From Candidatus Multivorans sp. (GTDB lineage: Bacteria > Acidobacteriota > Thermoanaerobaculia > Multivoradales > Multivoraceae), in assembly GCA_965224025.1 (NCBI GenBank), contig OZ245033.1, positions 2,720,001 to 2,784,000 on the forward strand: 64,000 nt of DNA, read 5' to 3'. The number at the start of each line of letters is the position of its first letter. The first letter of the stretch is position 1. Under the pieces are notes generated by a model. It was not told where the DNA came from, did not search any database, and saw only the letters and a list, made by a program, of their open reading frames with translations. This document shows, one piece after another, positions 10,101 through 19,065 of this stretch. A program made the position numbers and the translations under genes.

Positions 10101-10634
10101 CACGCCGAACTCTCCTTCGGCCTCAGGCGGTCCGGGGACCGGGATCCGCGCAGCAAGCGGGCGCCGGCGGAGGTGCTGGACGGGGCGCTGCTGCGCGGCT
10201 CGATCGACCTCGTCGAGGAGGATGCGGGCGGTCGGCTGCGGGTGACCGACCACAAGACGGGGCGCGCCGTTCACGCCGGCGGGGCTCTGGTGATCGGCGG
10301 CGGCAAGGTGCTGCAGCCGGTGCTCTACAGTCTGGCCGCCGAGCACGTGCTCGAGCGGGACGTGGTCTCGGGGCGGCTCTTCTACTGCACTCAGCGGGGC
10401 GGCTACAGCACGGTCGAGGTGCCGTTCGACGGGCGGAGCAGAGGCGCCGCCGACCGCCTGCTGAAGGCCGTGGACGGGGCGCTGGACGATGGCTTCCTGC
10501 CCGCGGCGCCGGGCAAGGACGAGTGCCGGTACTGCGACTACCGCCGGGTGTGCGGCCCGTACGAAGAGCTGCGGGTCGGGCGCAAGGACGGGACGCGGCT
10601 GCATGACCTGCAGGCGATTCGGAGGGAGCGGTGA
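7155..10634 (+). CDS. addB: AddB-like helicase/nuclease subunit (C-terminal PD-(D/E)XK nuclease with Fe-S cysteines)
   Basis: VFVPGLAEGVFP, YSPTALQNYAACPYRF, LRGSIDLVE…VTDHKTG, CRYCDYRRVC; overlaps addA start. Start uncertain (CTG 7155 or TTG 7302). Confidence 0.88.
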   Translation: MARGSILVSCSSARRLAAAAEWLRKRRHGEEETLLLAASRGAADDLVRALSETGRGMLGVHRASLDQWALQTAALELAARGLRPVTPLGTEAMAARVARLAAAQGELERLSPVADLPGFARSLAATIGELRAAGVSPGDLLAVDGTHDLGRMLHGFDDEMTRFGLADTATVLRSAVAVVDREQVAVPPGSLWLDLPLRNASQVALLRALAARCRDVLATVAAGDDETLEWLGSLLSDGAVVSLDEERWDDGGLPSGQRLDRVQRFVFETGVDSLPLDGTPDAGETPAFHPRARGRTRGVVRGWRGTGPPGFPGSAADVPARSSVDLFSAAGEGQECVEIARRIHRAAAGGLAFDRMAILLRQPAAYLPLVEDALGRARIPAYATRGTLRPNPAGRAFLALLACAGERLSASRFAEYLSLGQTPEPAKGGGPPRRDVPWVEPAGDQIVLKSPEAAGAASSGALSEQEGPAGAGSLVDRTGGGETQEEAAPAGALRVPSQWERLLVDAAVVGGAERWKKRLAGLGAEFRLQLRQVDDEDQGHRSYLERQIGRLETLQTFALPLIEFLDALPKRADWGWWLERLQELATMALRRPETVLEVLAELRPLAQVDEVGLAEVERILGERLRFSLSRPPKRRFGRVFVGAVEEAAGRSFDLVFVPGLAEGVFPRRAKEDPLLLDERRRRLRHAGYRLAEDLGRTRREQLLLRLAIGAANRWLVVSYPRVDLVRGRARVPSLYALDVLRGAEGRLPDLDALGRRAAAAGAAVVGWPAPADPDDAVDEAEFDLALLQPLLGPGAPVAERRGRARFLLESNPHLKRALQARGRRWRRPWFPVDGLVDASAEARETLAAQRIGARSYSPTALQNYAACPYRFFLQAVLYLRPRKELVQLEQMDPMTRGGIFHEIQFRLFGALEAVDLLPVAPSRLETVFELLDEVLAQSEGDYREELAPPIERVWRAEFEGLRADLRGWLRQVADEGGQWKPIHAELSFGLRRSGDRDPRSKRAPAEVLDGALLRGSIDLVEEDAGGRLRVTDHKTGRAVHAGGALVIGGGKVLQPVLYSLAAEHVLERDVVSGRLFYCTQRGGYSTVEVPFDGRSRGAADRLLKAVDGALDDGFLPAAPGKDECRYCDYRRVCGPYEELRVGRKDGTRLHDLQAIRRER
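7985..8111. repeat. Multi-hairpin REP-like element inside the addB coding sequence
   Basis: Outer IR CGGCACG/CGTGCCG; inner hairpins GCGGGCG-AGA-CGCCCGC, TCCGCGCG…CGCGCGGA, CGGGTGGC…GCCACCCG; core matches intergenic copies at 18953 and 60630. Confidence 0.65.
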
Positions 10635-13600
10635 TGGCTTCCAGTCCGCGCGCCGGGGCCCCGCCGCCGGCCGACGAAGCGGCCCGTCGCCGCATCCGCG
10701 AGGCGCTGGACGAGAGCCAGTTGGTCGAGGCGGCTGCAGGTACCGGCAAGACGACCGTGTTGGTGGAGCGTCTGGTGGCGATCCTGGAGGAGGGCCGCGG
10801 CTCGGTCGACGCCTTGGCGGCAGTGACCTTCACCCGCAAGGCGGCCGGCGAACTCAAGCTGCGCCTGCGCCAGGCGCTCGACGCCCGTCTGATCGAGTTG
10901 CGTGCACGCGGTGCGGCCGGCGAGCGGACGGTGAACCTCGAAACCGCGATCTCCCGACTCGAACAGGCGGCCATCGGCACGATCCACTCCCTCTGCGCCG
11001 ACATCCTGCGCGAGCGCCCCGTCGAGGCCGGGGTCGATCCGGGGTTCGGTGAGCTGGCGGAAGACGAGGCGCCGCGCCTGTTCGCCCGCACGTTCGGACG
11101 CTGGATCGAAGAGCAGCTCGAGGCGATGCCGCTTGGCCTGAGGCGGGAACTGGCCCGCCTGACGGTGAGGCCGTGGTCGCCGCGGCAGTCGGCGCTCGAC
11201 CGGCTGCGCGAAGCGGCGTGGAGATTGGTCGACTGGCGCGACTTCGCGGCGCCCTGGCGGCGCCCCGACTTCGATCGGGAGACGGAGTTGGAGGAGCTCT
11301 CGGCCGGGGTCGAGCGGCTGGGAGAACTGGTCCTCCACGGCCGGCAGGGCGACGTGCTGCGCCGGAATCTTACGCCCGTCGTCGATCTGTCGAGCTGGAT
11401 CGTCCGCACCCGGCAACTGGACGTGGCGGGTCCCGGGCCGAATGGAGGTGATCGGGCAGACGGCCGGGAGGCGTTCCAGGACCAGTTGGAAGCCAGGCTC
11501 GTCAAGCTGTTGCGAGACCTGAGTGGGTTCAGGAGTCCGCGCAAGGGCCGGGGCGGTTTCGCGGAGGGCGTAGCCCGGGAACAGGTCTTCGAACTCTGGC
11601 GCCGGCTCCTGGAGCGACTGCGCCGCTTCGAGCAAACCGCGAATGGCGACCTGGCCGCATTGCTGAAGGATGAGCTATCGGGCGCCGTGCAGCGCTACGA
11701 GCACGCCAAGCGACTGCTCGGCAAGCTCGACTTCCACGATCTGCTGATCAAGGCCCGCGACCTGCTTCGCCGCGACCGGGAGGTGCGGCGCCACCTGCAG
11801 GCGCGCTACCGGCACCTGTTCATCGACGAGTTCCAGGATACGGATCCGCTCCAGGCCGAGATCCTGCTGCTGCTTTCGGCCGACGATCCGGACGAGGACG
11901 ACTGGCGGCAAGTGCAACCGGCGCCGGGCAAGCTCTTCGTGGTCGGCGATCCGAAACAGTCGATCTACCGGTTTCGCCGAGCGGACGTGGTCCTCTACCA
12001 GGACGTCAAGGAGATGCTCGCCGAGCGCGGCGTCGAGGTGCTGCAACTCACGACGAGCTTCCGGTCCGTGGCGCCGATCCAGCGGCTGGTGAATGCTGCC
12101 TTCGCGCCGTGCATGACCGGCGACCGGACCGCCGGCAGCGCCGACTACATCCCCCTCGGTGAGCACCGGCAGGCGATCCCCGGCCAACCCCAGGTCGTCG
12201 TGCTGCCGCCGCCGAAGCCCTACGGTTACCGCAACGTGACCCAGCGGGACATCGAGGCGTGCCAGCCCTACGCGACCGTCGAGTTCGTGCGCTGGTTGAT
12301 CCAGAACAGCGGCTGGAAAGTCGAGGTCCCCGATCCGGACAATCCGGGTCACTTCATTCGAACGCCGGTGCAGCCGCGGCACATCTGCCTGCTTTTCCGG
12401 CGCTTCCTGAGCTGGAACCAGGACACGGCCCGGGACTACGTCCGCGGCCTGGAGGCGCTCGGCATTCCGCACCTGCTGATCGGCGCCCGCTCCTTCCACG
12501 ACCGGGAGGAGGTGGAGGCGCTGCGATCGGCGTTGACGGCGGTGGAGTGGCCCGACGATCGTCTCTCCGTCTACGCGACGCTCCGCGGGTCCCTGTTCGC
12601 CTTCGACGACGATCTGCTGCTGCGCTTCAAGACGCGCTACGGGAACTGGCATCCCCTCTTCTCGCCGCGCCGGGCGCGGGAGCGCGGCGAGCCGCCGGAG
12701 GAGTTCGCCTCCCTGGTCGATGTCCTCGACTTCCTCGGCACGCTCCACCGCCGGCGGAACTACGTTCCCGTCGTGCAGACGGTGCAGGAGATTCTGGCCA
12801 AGCCACGCGCCCAGGCGGCGATGGCGCTGCGGCCGGCCGGCAACCAGGTGCTGGGCAACGCCCAGCGCGTGTGCGATCTCGCGCGGCGTTACGAGGTGGC
12901 CGGCGGCCGTTCGTTCCGTGGCTTCGTCGAACAATTGGATGAGGAGGCGGAACGGATCGGGGGCGCCCAGGCCCCGGTGGTCGAGGAGGACGCGGAGGGA
13001 GTCCGCGTGATGACCGTCCACACCGCGAAGGGGCTCGAGTTCCCGGTCGTCATCCTGGCGGATATGACGGCGAAGCTGTCGCGCGGCGCCGAGCGGACCG
13101 TACGCAGCCAGGACGAGCTCTGTGCAATGAAGCTGCTCGGACTCTCGCCCCAGGAACTGCTCGACGCCTCGGAAGTCGAGGACAAGAGAGAGGAAGCGGA
13201 AGGCATCCGCGTCGCGTACGTGGCCGCCACGCGGGCCCGGGACCTGCTCGTGGCGCCCGCGGTCGGCGACTTGAAGCGGCCGGGCTGGATCGAGTGCCTC
13301 AACGACGCCGTGTACCCGGGACCGGACTGTTGGCGTGGCTCGGCGCCGGCCGAGGGCTGTCCCGAGTTCGGCGACAGGTCCGTGGCGGTGCGTCCGTCGG
13401 ACTACGACCGCATGCCGGAGCGGTCCGTGAAGCCGGGCCGTTACCGGTTCCCGAAGGCGGCTGGAACGGACGGCGCGGCCGGCGATGGCCCCGAATACGA
13501 CGTCGTCTGGTGGGATGCGGACCTTCTGAACCAGGAGCCTCCGGCTACCTACGGCCTGCTGGGAGAGGATCTCCTGGTCGAGGGCGGCGGCGCCGCCGCC

Positions 13601-14278
13601 GATGCGAGTCGCGAGCGGTTCGAGAGGTGGCAAAGTCGCAACCGGGCACTGCTCGCGTCCGGCGGTCGTCCTTCCGTCCGGCCTGAAGCCGTTACCGACC
13701 TGGACTTCGAGCCGCCGGGGGTTGCCGCCGAGGTCGTGGTCGAGGAACTGGATCGTTCCCGCAAGCGCCCTGGGGGCGTCCGCTTCGGCAGCCTGGTGCA
13801 TACCGTGCTCCGGGATGCGCCTCTGGCCGGCGACCCGGCCCGGATCCGGGAGTTGGCCGGTCTGCACGGTTCGCTGCTCGCGGCGACCGAGGCGGAGATC
13901 GAGGCCGCGGTCACGGCAGTGGCGACCGCCCTCGCCAGTCCGGCGGCGAGCGCGGCGCGGGATTCACGGGTGCTGCGCGAGACCCCGTTTGTGCTGCCTT
14001 TGCCCGCTGCGGAAGCAGGCAGCGAAGACGGTGAGGATGGCTGCGGAATCGTCGAAGGGACGGTTGACCTCGCCTACCTGGACGAGGACGGCTGCTGGAT
14101 CGTCGTCGACTGGAAGACCGCTTGGGGCGATCTCGACGCGCCGGTTGGTGGTGGTGACGACGCCGGCGCCGAGGGTGTTCCGCGGGGCGACGCGTACCGC
14201 CGCCAGGTGCGGTGGTACTGCTATGCGTTGGAGCAACTGACCGGCGCCTCGGCGTCCGGTCGGCTGGTGCTCTTGTAG
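10631..14278 (+). CDS. addA: AddA-like UvrD/SF1 helicase with C-terminal nuclease
   Basis: AAAGTGKT, TFTRKAAGEL, IDEFQDTD, VGDPKQSIYRFR, MTVHTAKGLEFP, YVAATRAR, GTVDLAY…VDWKT. Confidence 0.93.
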   Translation: MMASSPRAGAPPPADEAARRRIREALDESQLVEAAAGTGKTTVLVERLVAILEEGRGSVDALAAVTFTRKAAGELKLRLRQALDARLIELRARGAAGERTVNLETAISRLEQAAIGTIHSLCADILRERPVEAGVDPGFGELAEDEAPRLFARTFGRWIEEQLEAMPLGLRRELARLTVRPWSPRQSALDRLREAAWRLVDWRDFAAPWRRPDFDRETELEELSAGVERLGELVLHGRQGDVLRRNLTPVVDLSSWIVRTRQLDVAGPGPNGGDRADGREAFQDQLEARLVKLLRDLSGFRSPRKGRGGFAEGVAREQVFELWRRLLERLRRFEQTANGDLAALLKDELSGAVQRYEHAKRLLGKLDFHDLLIKARDLLRRDREVRRHLQARYRHLFIDEFQDTDPLQAEILLLLSADDPDEDDWRQVQPAPGKLFVVGDPKQSIYRFRRADVVLYQDVKEMLAERGVEVLQLTTSFRSVAPIQRLVNAAFAPCMTGDRTAGSADYIPLGEHRQAIPGQPQVVVLPPPKPYGYRNVTQRDIEACQPYATVEFVRWLIQNSGWKVEVPDPDNPGHFIRTPVQPRHICLLFRRFLSWNQDTARDYVRGLEALGIPHLLIGARSFHDREEVEALRSALTAVEWPDDRLSVYATLRGSLFAFDDDLLLRFKTRYGNWHPLFSPRRARERGEPPEEFASLVDVLDFLGTLHRRRNYVPVVQTVQEILAKPRAQAAMALRPAGNQVLGNAQRVCDLARRYEVAGGRSFRGFVEQLDEEAERIGGAQAPVVEEDAEGVRVMTVHTAKGLEFPVVILADMTAKLSRGAERTVRSQDELCAMKLLGLSPQELLDASEVEDKREEAEGIRVAYVAATRARDLLVAPAVGDLKRPGWIECLNDAVYPGPDCWRGSAPAEGCPEFGDRSVAVRPSDYDRMPERSVKPGRYRFPKAAGTDGAAGDGPEYDVVWWDADLLNQEPPATYGLLGEDLLVEGGGAAADASRERFERWQSRNRALLASGGRPSVRPEAVTDLDFEPPGVAAEVVVEELDRSRKRPGGVRFGSLVHTVLRDAPLAGDPARIRELAGLHGSLLAATEAEIEAAVTAVATALASPAASAARDSRVLRETPFVLPLPAAEAGSEDGEDGCGIVEGTVDLAYLDEDGCWIVVDWKTAWGDLDAPVGGGDDAGAEGVPRGDAYRRQVRWYCYALEQLTGASASGRLVLL

Positions 14279-14299
14279 CTGCGTGTTCCGCGCGAGGGC

Positions 14300-15670
14300 C
14301 TATAGCCAGCCTGTCGGAGCCGGTTCCGCCAGACGGGGTGAACCGCCAAGGAACCACTCGTAGGCGGGCTGAGCCTCGATCCTGCCCGGCGTTTCTGAAG
14401 GGAGGCCCGACCGCGTGAGTGTCAACAGCCGTTTGCGGGCGTTCGGAAACCGTCTCTCGGCGTCGGTCAGCGCCCGAAGCTCTCTGGACGCTGTGTCCCG
14501 GTCCGAGGCATCGGCGCAGACTTGGATGAGTGCCGTGTCGCCGCCCGGCGATCGAGCCAGGAAGTCCACTTCGTAGCCTTCTGGCGTTCGTACGTAGGTC
14601 ACCTCGCACCCTCGGCGCTCCAGTTCAATGAGGACGGCAGTCTCCAACGCATGCCCCAGATTGACTCGGCCACTGCGGTCGAACGCGGGAATCAGACCGG
14701 CATCAACTGGATATGCCTTGCGCGGGTTCACCATGCGTTGGCGTTCCGAGTCGGCCTCGATCCACACCGTTCGCACCAGGAAGCAGTCCTCCAGGTAGGC
14801 GAGGTACTCATGGACCGTGTCTCGGCTGATCGCAATTGCCTGCGCCTTGAGCCTGGCGTGGAACTTCTCGACGCTGAACAGAGACGCGGCGCTTGCCAGC
14901 ACGTGGCGGGCCAGCCAGCGCAATCCCGTCACGTTGCGGACGGCATACCGATCGATCACGTCGCGCAGGATGGCTACGTCGACGTAGTCCTGGAGGAGCT
15001 GTAGCCGGGACGCCGCCGGCAGTCCTTGAGCTTCCGGAAACCCTCCGGTGCCGAGCCACTTGCGGAAGATCGACTCCAGCCGGGTTGCCTCCGCTTCCGT
15101 GGCGGCGGACGGATCACGAGGTGGGACCATGCCCTGGTGCCGAAGAGCCTCCTCGAAGCTGAACGGGTAGATCGCGACCTTCCATCCGCGACCGCGCAAC
15201 TCCGTGGCGATCTCGCGGGAGAGCAGGGCGGCCGAGGATCCTGAGATGTAAAACTCGCTGCCCCGGGAGTCCAGCAGGCGCCTCAGCAGGCGCTCCCAGC
15301 CGGGCACCACCTGGATCTCGTCGAGCAGCCAGGCCTCGGCCGCGGCGTCCGCACTCTCCAGATAGCGGCTTGAGTACTCGTCGATCAGCGCGCCCAGGGA
15401 GAGGGCGTCCAGTCCGGCGAACCGCTCATCCTCGAGCCTCAGGAACGGTAGCCGCCATGGTGCGGTGCCTCCGGCCATCTTCTCGGCTCTCAACTGATGC
15501 AGGAACGTCGTCTTTCCCGCGCGTCGCATTCCGATGACGGAAGTGACTTTTCCCGGCAGCCGGACCTGGCCGAAAACGCGGCGTCTCGTGAAAGACGGAT
15601 CCGCGTCTTCCAGTCCGTCGGCGAGCTGGGCGTCGAAAGCGAGTCGGAGTCGGTCCAGATCCGGCGACAT
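14300..15670 (-). CDS. AAA_14/DUF4143-family ATP-binding protein
   Basis: GMRRAGKT, LLDEIQVVPGW, SGSSAALLSREIATELRGR, GGFPE, NPRKAYPVDAG, YEVDFLA; ATG 15670 with AAGGAG upstream. Confidence 0.9.
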   Translation of the reverse strand: MSPDLDRLRLAFDAQLADGLEDADPSFTRRRVFGQVRLPGKVTSVIGMRRAGKTTFLHQLRAEKMAGGTAPWRLPFLRLEDERFAGLDALSLGALIDEYSSRYLESADAAAEAWLLDEIQVVPGWERLLRRLLDSRGSEFYISGSSAALLSREIATELRGRGWKVAIYPFSFEEALRHQGMVPPRDPSAATEAEATRLESIFRKWLGTGGFPEAQGLPAASRLQLLQDYVDVAILRDVIDRYAVRNVTGLRWLARHVLASAASLFSVEKFHARLKAQAIAISRDTVHEYLAYLEDCFLVRTVWIEADSERQRMVNPRKAYPVDAGLIPAFDRSGRVNLGHALETAVLIELERRGCEVTYVRTPEGYEVDFLARSPGGDTALIQVCADASDRDTASRELRALTDAERRFPNARKRLLTLTRSGLPSETPGRIEAQPAYEWFLGGSPRLAEPAPTGWL

Positions 15671-15674
15671 GGGG

Positions 15675-16445
15675 CTACGGTTTCTCCTTCTCAGGAGGAG
15701 AAACCGGATTCGGGCCGGGCGCACTGAGCGGGAGGCGCGGCCGCCACTTGACCGCCCCTCTGCCGTCGACGAAGACCTCGCCCCGGAAGCACTTCTCCCT
15801 GACGTAGGTCGCGAAACCTCTGTCCGCGATCGTTCCCACGACCTCGCCGTCCACCACGAGGTCGTACACCTCTCGCTGCTGGAGCGCGGCGGTCTCGCGG
15901 GGAAGGATGAGCCGGAAACCTGCGGGAGCTTCGGCCGGCATCTGGCCGACGCTGGCCAGCTCCGCCGCTGTGCGCTGCCAGGCGCCATGGGCCGATCTCG
16001 GATCGGTCGTCAGGCCCGCTTCGGGTGCGGCGTCCTGAGCTCTAGGTGCGGATCCGGCGGGTCCGGCCTGGGTTGTTGAAACGAGGCTCTCCGAGATAGG
16101 GCCGGGGCCTGCCAGATCGTCGACGGCAGAACGAGAGGCGTCCGGGTCAGAGCCACTTTGGCTTTCGCCGGAAAGCCTGTCCGGCCCTTCGTCCATCTTG
16201 TAGACCGTCTGGCCTTCGGGAACCCCGGCCCTCATTTCGTCCTTGAGGCGGTTCACGAGTGCCGGGGGCCACCCGTAGTAGCGCGCGGCTTCCTGCAGAT
16301 CCACGAACCGGACCGCCGTGCGCTCGGCCTGTGCGAGCGTCACGGCCTTCAGGCGGCCACGGCGAATCGCCGCCCGTACCCCAGCCACCGTCACCTCGGC
16401 CAGCCGCGCGGTGAGCTTGATCGATAGAAGAACCGTCCCGGCCAT
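15675..16445 (-). CDS. Hypothetical protein with N-terminal excisionase/HTH_17-like DNA-binding region
   Basis: LSIKLTARLAEVTVAGVRAAIRRGRLKA resembles MerR/Xis-type HTH; GGAGG upstream; acidic low-complexity linker. Confidence 0.5.
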   Translation of the reverse strand: MAGTVLLSIKLTARLAEVTVAGVRAAIRRGRLKAVTLAQAERTAVRFVDLQEAARYYGWPPALVNRLKDEMRAGVPEGQTVYKMDEGPDRLSGESQSGSDPDASRSAVDDLAGPGPISESLVSTTQAGPAGSAPRAQDAAPEAGLTTDPRSAHGAWQRTAAELASVGQMPAEAPAGFRLILPRETAALQQREVYDLVVDGEVVGTIADRGFATYVREKCFRGEVFVDGRGAVKWRPRLPLSAPGPNPVSPPEKEKP

Positions 16446-16588
16446 CGTCTCTGTTGCCCTCCGTCAATGTGTGACGAAACGTTACGTTGTTGCGTAGGGT
16501 AACACGGCCACGCGGCGGTGTCCTCCGGGTGCCGGCGGCCTCGCAGGCTGTCGCCGAAGGTGGCTAGACTGGGTGCAGCCAGAGCTCG

Positions 16589-17020
16589 CTACCGAGTAGC
16601 TCGCTTGTTCCGATGGTACGTGAGCGCAGCAGCGATGCAGAAGCGAAGCGGGTCTTCCGGCAGTGAGTCCGTCTTGTCGAAGACGATCGCCCGATTGCCC
16701 TCGAATCGCAATTCGTCTGGAAAGAGAGCCCGGAACGTCTCGATCAGGTTGGTTCGGCAGTGGAAGTACATCGCGTACTGGGACGGTTGCGATCTCTTCC
16801 AACCGATCCGCACGGTGCTTCCACTCTTGCTCTGCGAAGTGACGTAGGCCGGCTCGCCCCACTTCAGCGTTTCTTCGAGTGGCCCTACACCGTCTGTGTT
16901 GTCGGCTGTCTCGAGTATGAGAGAACGCAGAACCAGGAGCCTGCTGCGGATTGCGGGCGGGTAGGCCTCAAACTTCTCGGCAACGTCTCCGTCTTTCGGC
17001 TTCATTCGCTCGAAGCTCAT
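16589..17020 (-). CDS. DUF1801 (YdhG-like) protein
   Basis: LEETLKWGEPAY…SGSTVRIGWK…YFHCRTNLIETFR…FEGNRAIVF…ALTYH; ATGA overlap with the upstream gene. Confidence 0.88.
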   Translation of the reverse strand: MSFERMKPKDGDVAEKFEAYPPAIRSRLLVLRSLILETADNTDGVGPLEETLKWGEPAYVTSQSKSGSTVRIGWKRSQPSQYAMYFHCRTNLIETFRALFPDELRFEGNRAIVFDKTDSLPEDPLRFCIAAALTYHRNKRATR

Positions 17021-18147
17021 AGCACCTCGCCGATGTAGCGTTCCCGCGCCAACCGCCAGAACACGACCAGGAACGCCGTCAACGGGATCGCCAGGATCAT
17101 GCCGGCGATGCCGTTGAGGGCCGAGCCCCAGAAGAAGACGGCGACGATGATGGCCATCGGGTGCAGCCCGGTGCGGTCGCCCATGATCCGCGGCGTCAGT
17201 ACATAGGCCTCGATGAGTTGGACGAGCACGAAGACGACCAGCACCCAGATGACGAGGTTGAGTCCGCCATCCTGCTGCCAGTAGCCGATCGGCAGGGCCA
17301 CGGCCAGACCGACAATGCTGCCCAGATACGGGATGATGTTGAGGAAGCCGAGCATGAGTCCGAGGACCAGGCCGTAGCGCAGGCCGGCGATGGAGAAGCC
17401 GATGGCGAACAGCGCTCCCTGGAGGAAGGCGATGACGAGCTGGCCGCGGAAGAAGGCGACCAGGATGTCGATGAACTCCTGGATCAGGTAGATCACGTCG
17501 CCGCGCGTCTTGGCCTTGAGGAACGGAAACAGGTGATCGAGCTTTCGGAACCGGTCCGGCTCGACGATGAGGAAGAAGCACAGGTAGACCGGCAGCACCG
17601 CCCAGGCGAAGAGCGAGGCGAGGCCGGCGCCGATGCTCTGGAGTACGTCCAGAGCGGTGTCGCCGACTATGCCGAGGCTCGAGAGCAGGTTCGACTCTCC
17701 GCCCTCGAACGCCTCCCGCACCTGGATTGCGACCGAATTCGTTTCCAGGAACTCGGTCACGACGGGCGAAATCTCGGCCGTCCAGTCGACGACGCGGTCC
17801 CACGCGCCGGGGAGCGCATCGAAGAGTTCGTCGATCTGTGACGCCGCCATGGCGCCGAAGAACCAGGCGAAGCCGGCGACGGGAACGAGCAGCGACAGCA
17901 GCACGGCGGCCACCGCGAGGATCTTCGGGAACCGCAGCCGCTCGTTGAGCAGCTCGTAGTACGGCCGGAGCACGAACGCCAGCACGGCCGCGACCGCCAG
18001 CGGCAGGAAGACGCTCGAGAAGGCGGCGAAGAACGTGCCGACGGCCCAGAACAGCGCCGCCACCGCGGCGAGGATGACGGCGGCCGCGGCGATCGTCGCG
18101 GCGGCTGCGACCGTGGCGCGCTGGCGTTCCGAGAGTTCGATCTGCAC
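17017..18147 (-). CDS. AI-2E (PerM/YhhT) family transporter
   Basis: Multiple TM helices; FFRGQL, NIIPYLG, LTPRIMG…GLHP, GMILAIPL. Confidence 0.92.
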   Translation of the reverse strand: MQIELSERQRATVAAAATIAAAAVILAAVAALFWAVGTFFAAFSSVFLPLAVAAVLAFVLRPYYELLNERLRFPKILAVAAVLLSLLVPVAGFAWFFGAMAASQIDELFDALPGAWDRVVDWTAEISPVVTEFLETNSVAIQVREAFEGGESNLLSSLGIVGDTALDVLQSIGAGLASLFAWAVLPVYLCFFLIVEPDRFRKLDHLFPFLKAKTRGDVIYLIQEFIDILVAFFRGQLVIAFLQGALFAIGFSIAGLRYGLVLGLMLGFLNIIPYLGSIVGLAVALPIGYWQQDGGLNLVIWVLVVFVLVQLIEAYVLTPRIMGDRTGLHPMAIIVAVFFWGSALNGIAGMILAIPLTAFLVVFWRLARERYIGEVL

Positions 18148-18321
18148 CGGCGGTCCGTCCTCGACGGGACGCTACCACCGATGTCCTGGCGCGCCGCCGG
18201 GGTGTCGCCGTCCCGAGGACGGGCCCGTTCCCGGCTTCCAGCATGCCTGTACGTCAACGCTCCTTGTCTTTTACATGGCCCGTTAGATGTTCGGCGACGC
18301 GGCATCCGTATACTGATTCGC

Positions 18322-18918
18322 ATGACCGTAATGCTGCTTGACAGGCCGCCGCGGACCTTGCCGCGCAGTTTGGGGCCGTACCGCCGCCGCGACTACATGG
18401 CCCTCCCCGATGAACCCCGCTGCGAGTTGATCCGTGGGAGGTTCTACCTGAGTCCCAGCCCGATCGTCCTCCACCAGTTCATCGTCGGTTACCTGAACAG
18501 GTTGTTCTTCGACGTGGCCGATCGCACCGGCGGCACGGCGATTGTGGCGCCGATGGATGTGCACCTGGCGGACCACTCGGTGGTGCAGCCCGATGTGATC
18601 TACGTCTCCCCGGAGCATGACGAGATCGTGCAGGACTGGATGGAAGGCGCTCCGGACCTCGTGGTCGAAGTGCTGTCGCCCTCGACCGCGTCGCGGGACC
18701 GGATCCACAAGCTCGACCTCTACGCTGCCGCTGGCGTGCGTGAGTACTGGATCGTCGATCCGCGGCAGCGCCGGATCACGTTCCTCGTTCACGACGGCGA
18801 GGGCTTCGCCGAGCGCGCGCCGGAGGGCGCCAGCTATCGGACGCCGGCGGTTCCGGAGATCACGCTGGACATCGACGAACTCTGGGCCGCGGTCGACCGG
18901 AAGTTCTCGGACAACTGA
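18322..18918 (+). CDS. Uma2 (DUF820) restriction-endonuclease-like protein
   Basis: RCELIRG, PSPIVLHQ, VQPDVIYV, PDLVVEVLSPST, YAAAGVREYWIVDP. Confidence 0.92.
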   Translation: MTVMLLDRPPRTLPRSLGPYRRRDYMALPDEPRCELIRGRFYLSPSPIVLHQFIVGYLNRLFFDVADRTGGTAIVAPMDVHLADHSVVQPDVIYVSPEHDEIVQDWMEGAPDLVVEVLSPSTASRDRIHKLDLYAAAGVREYWIVDPRQRRITFLVHDGEGFAERAPEGASYRTPAVPEITLDIDELWAAVDRKFSDN

Positions 18919-18952
18919 GGGCCTGCGCCGCGGACTGAGCTGTCGCACCGAT

Positions 18953-18984
18953 CCTGAGAACGCGGGCATCCTGTCCGCATCCGG
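18953..18984 (-). repeat. REP-like palindrome copy
   Basis: Reverse complement CCGGATGCGGACAGGATGCCCGCGTTCTCAGG matches 60630-60661 at 30/32 positions. Confidence 0.75.
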
Positions 18985-19065
18985 TCCGAAGCGCTGACTT
19001 GTTTCGCGCTTGAAGCTCGCTACGAGCACCCCCTATGCAGCGGGGGTAGATACGATCACTCCCCC

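Noticed and set aside
7050-10604. 1184-aa minus-strand ORF
   Set aside because: Antisense shadow of addB in high-GC DNA; no motifs
16589-18244. 551-aa fusion ORF
   Set aside because: Only the last 143 aa (DUF1801) look real; the rest overlaps the AI-2E gene out of frame
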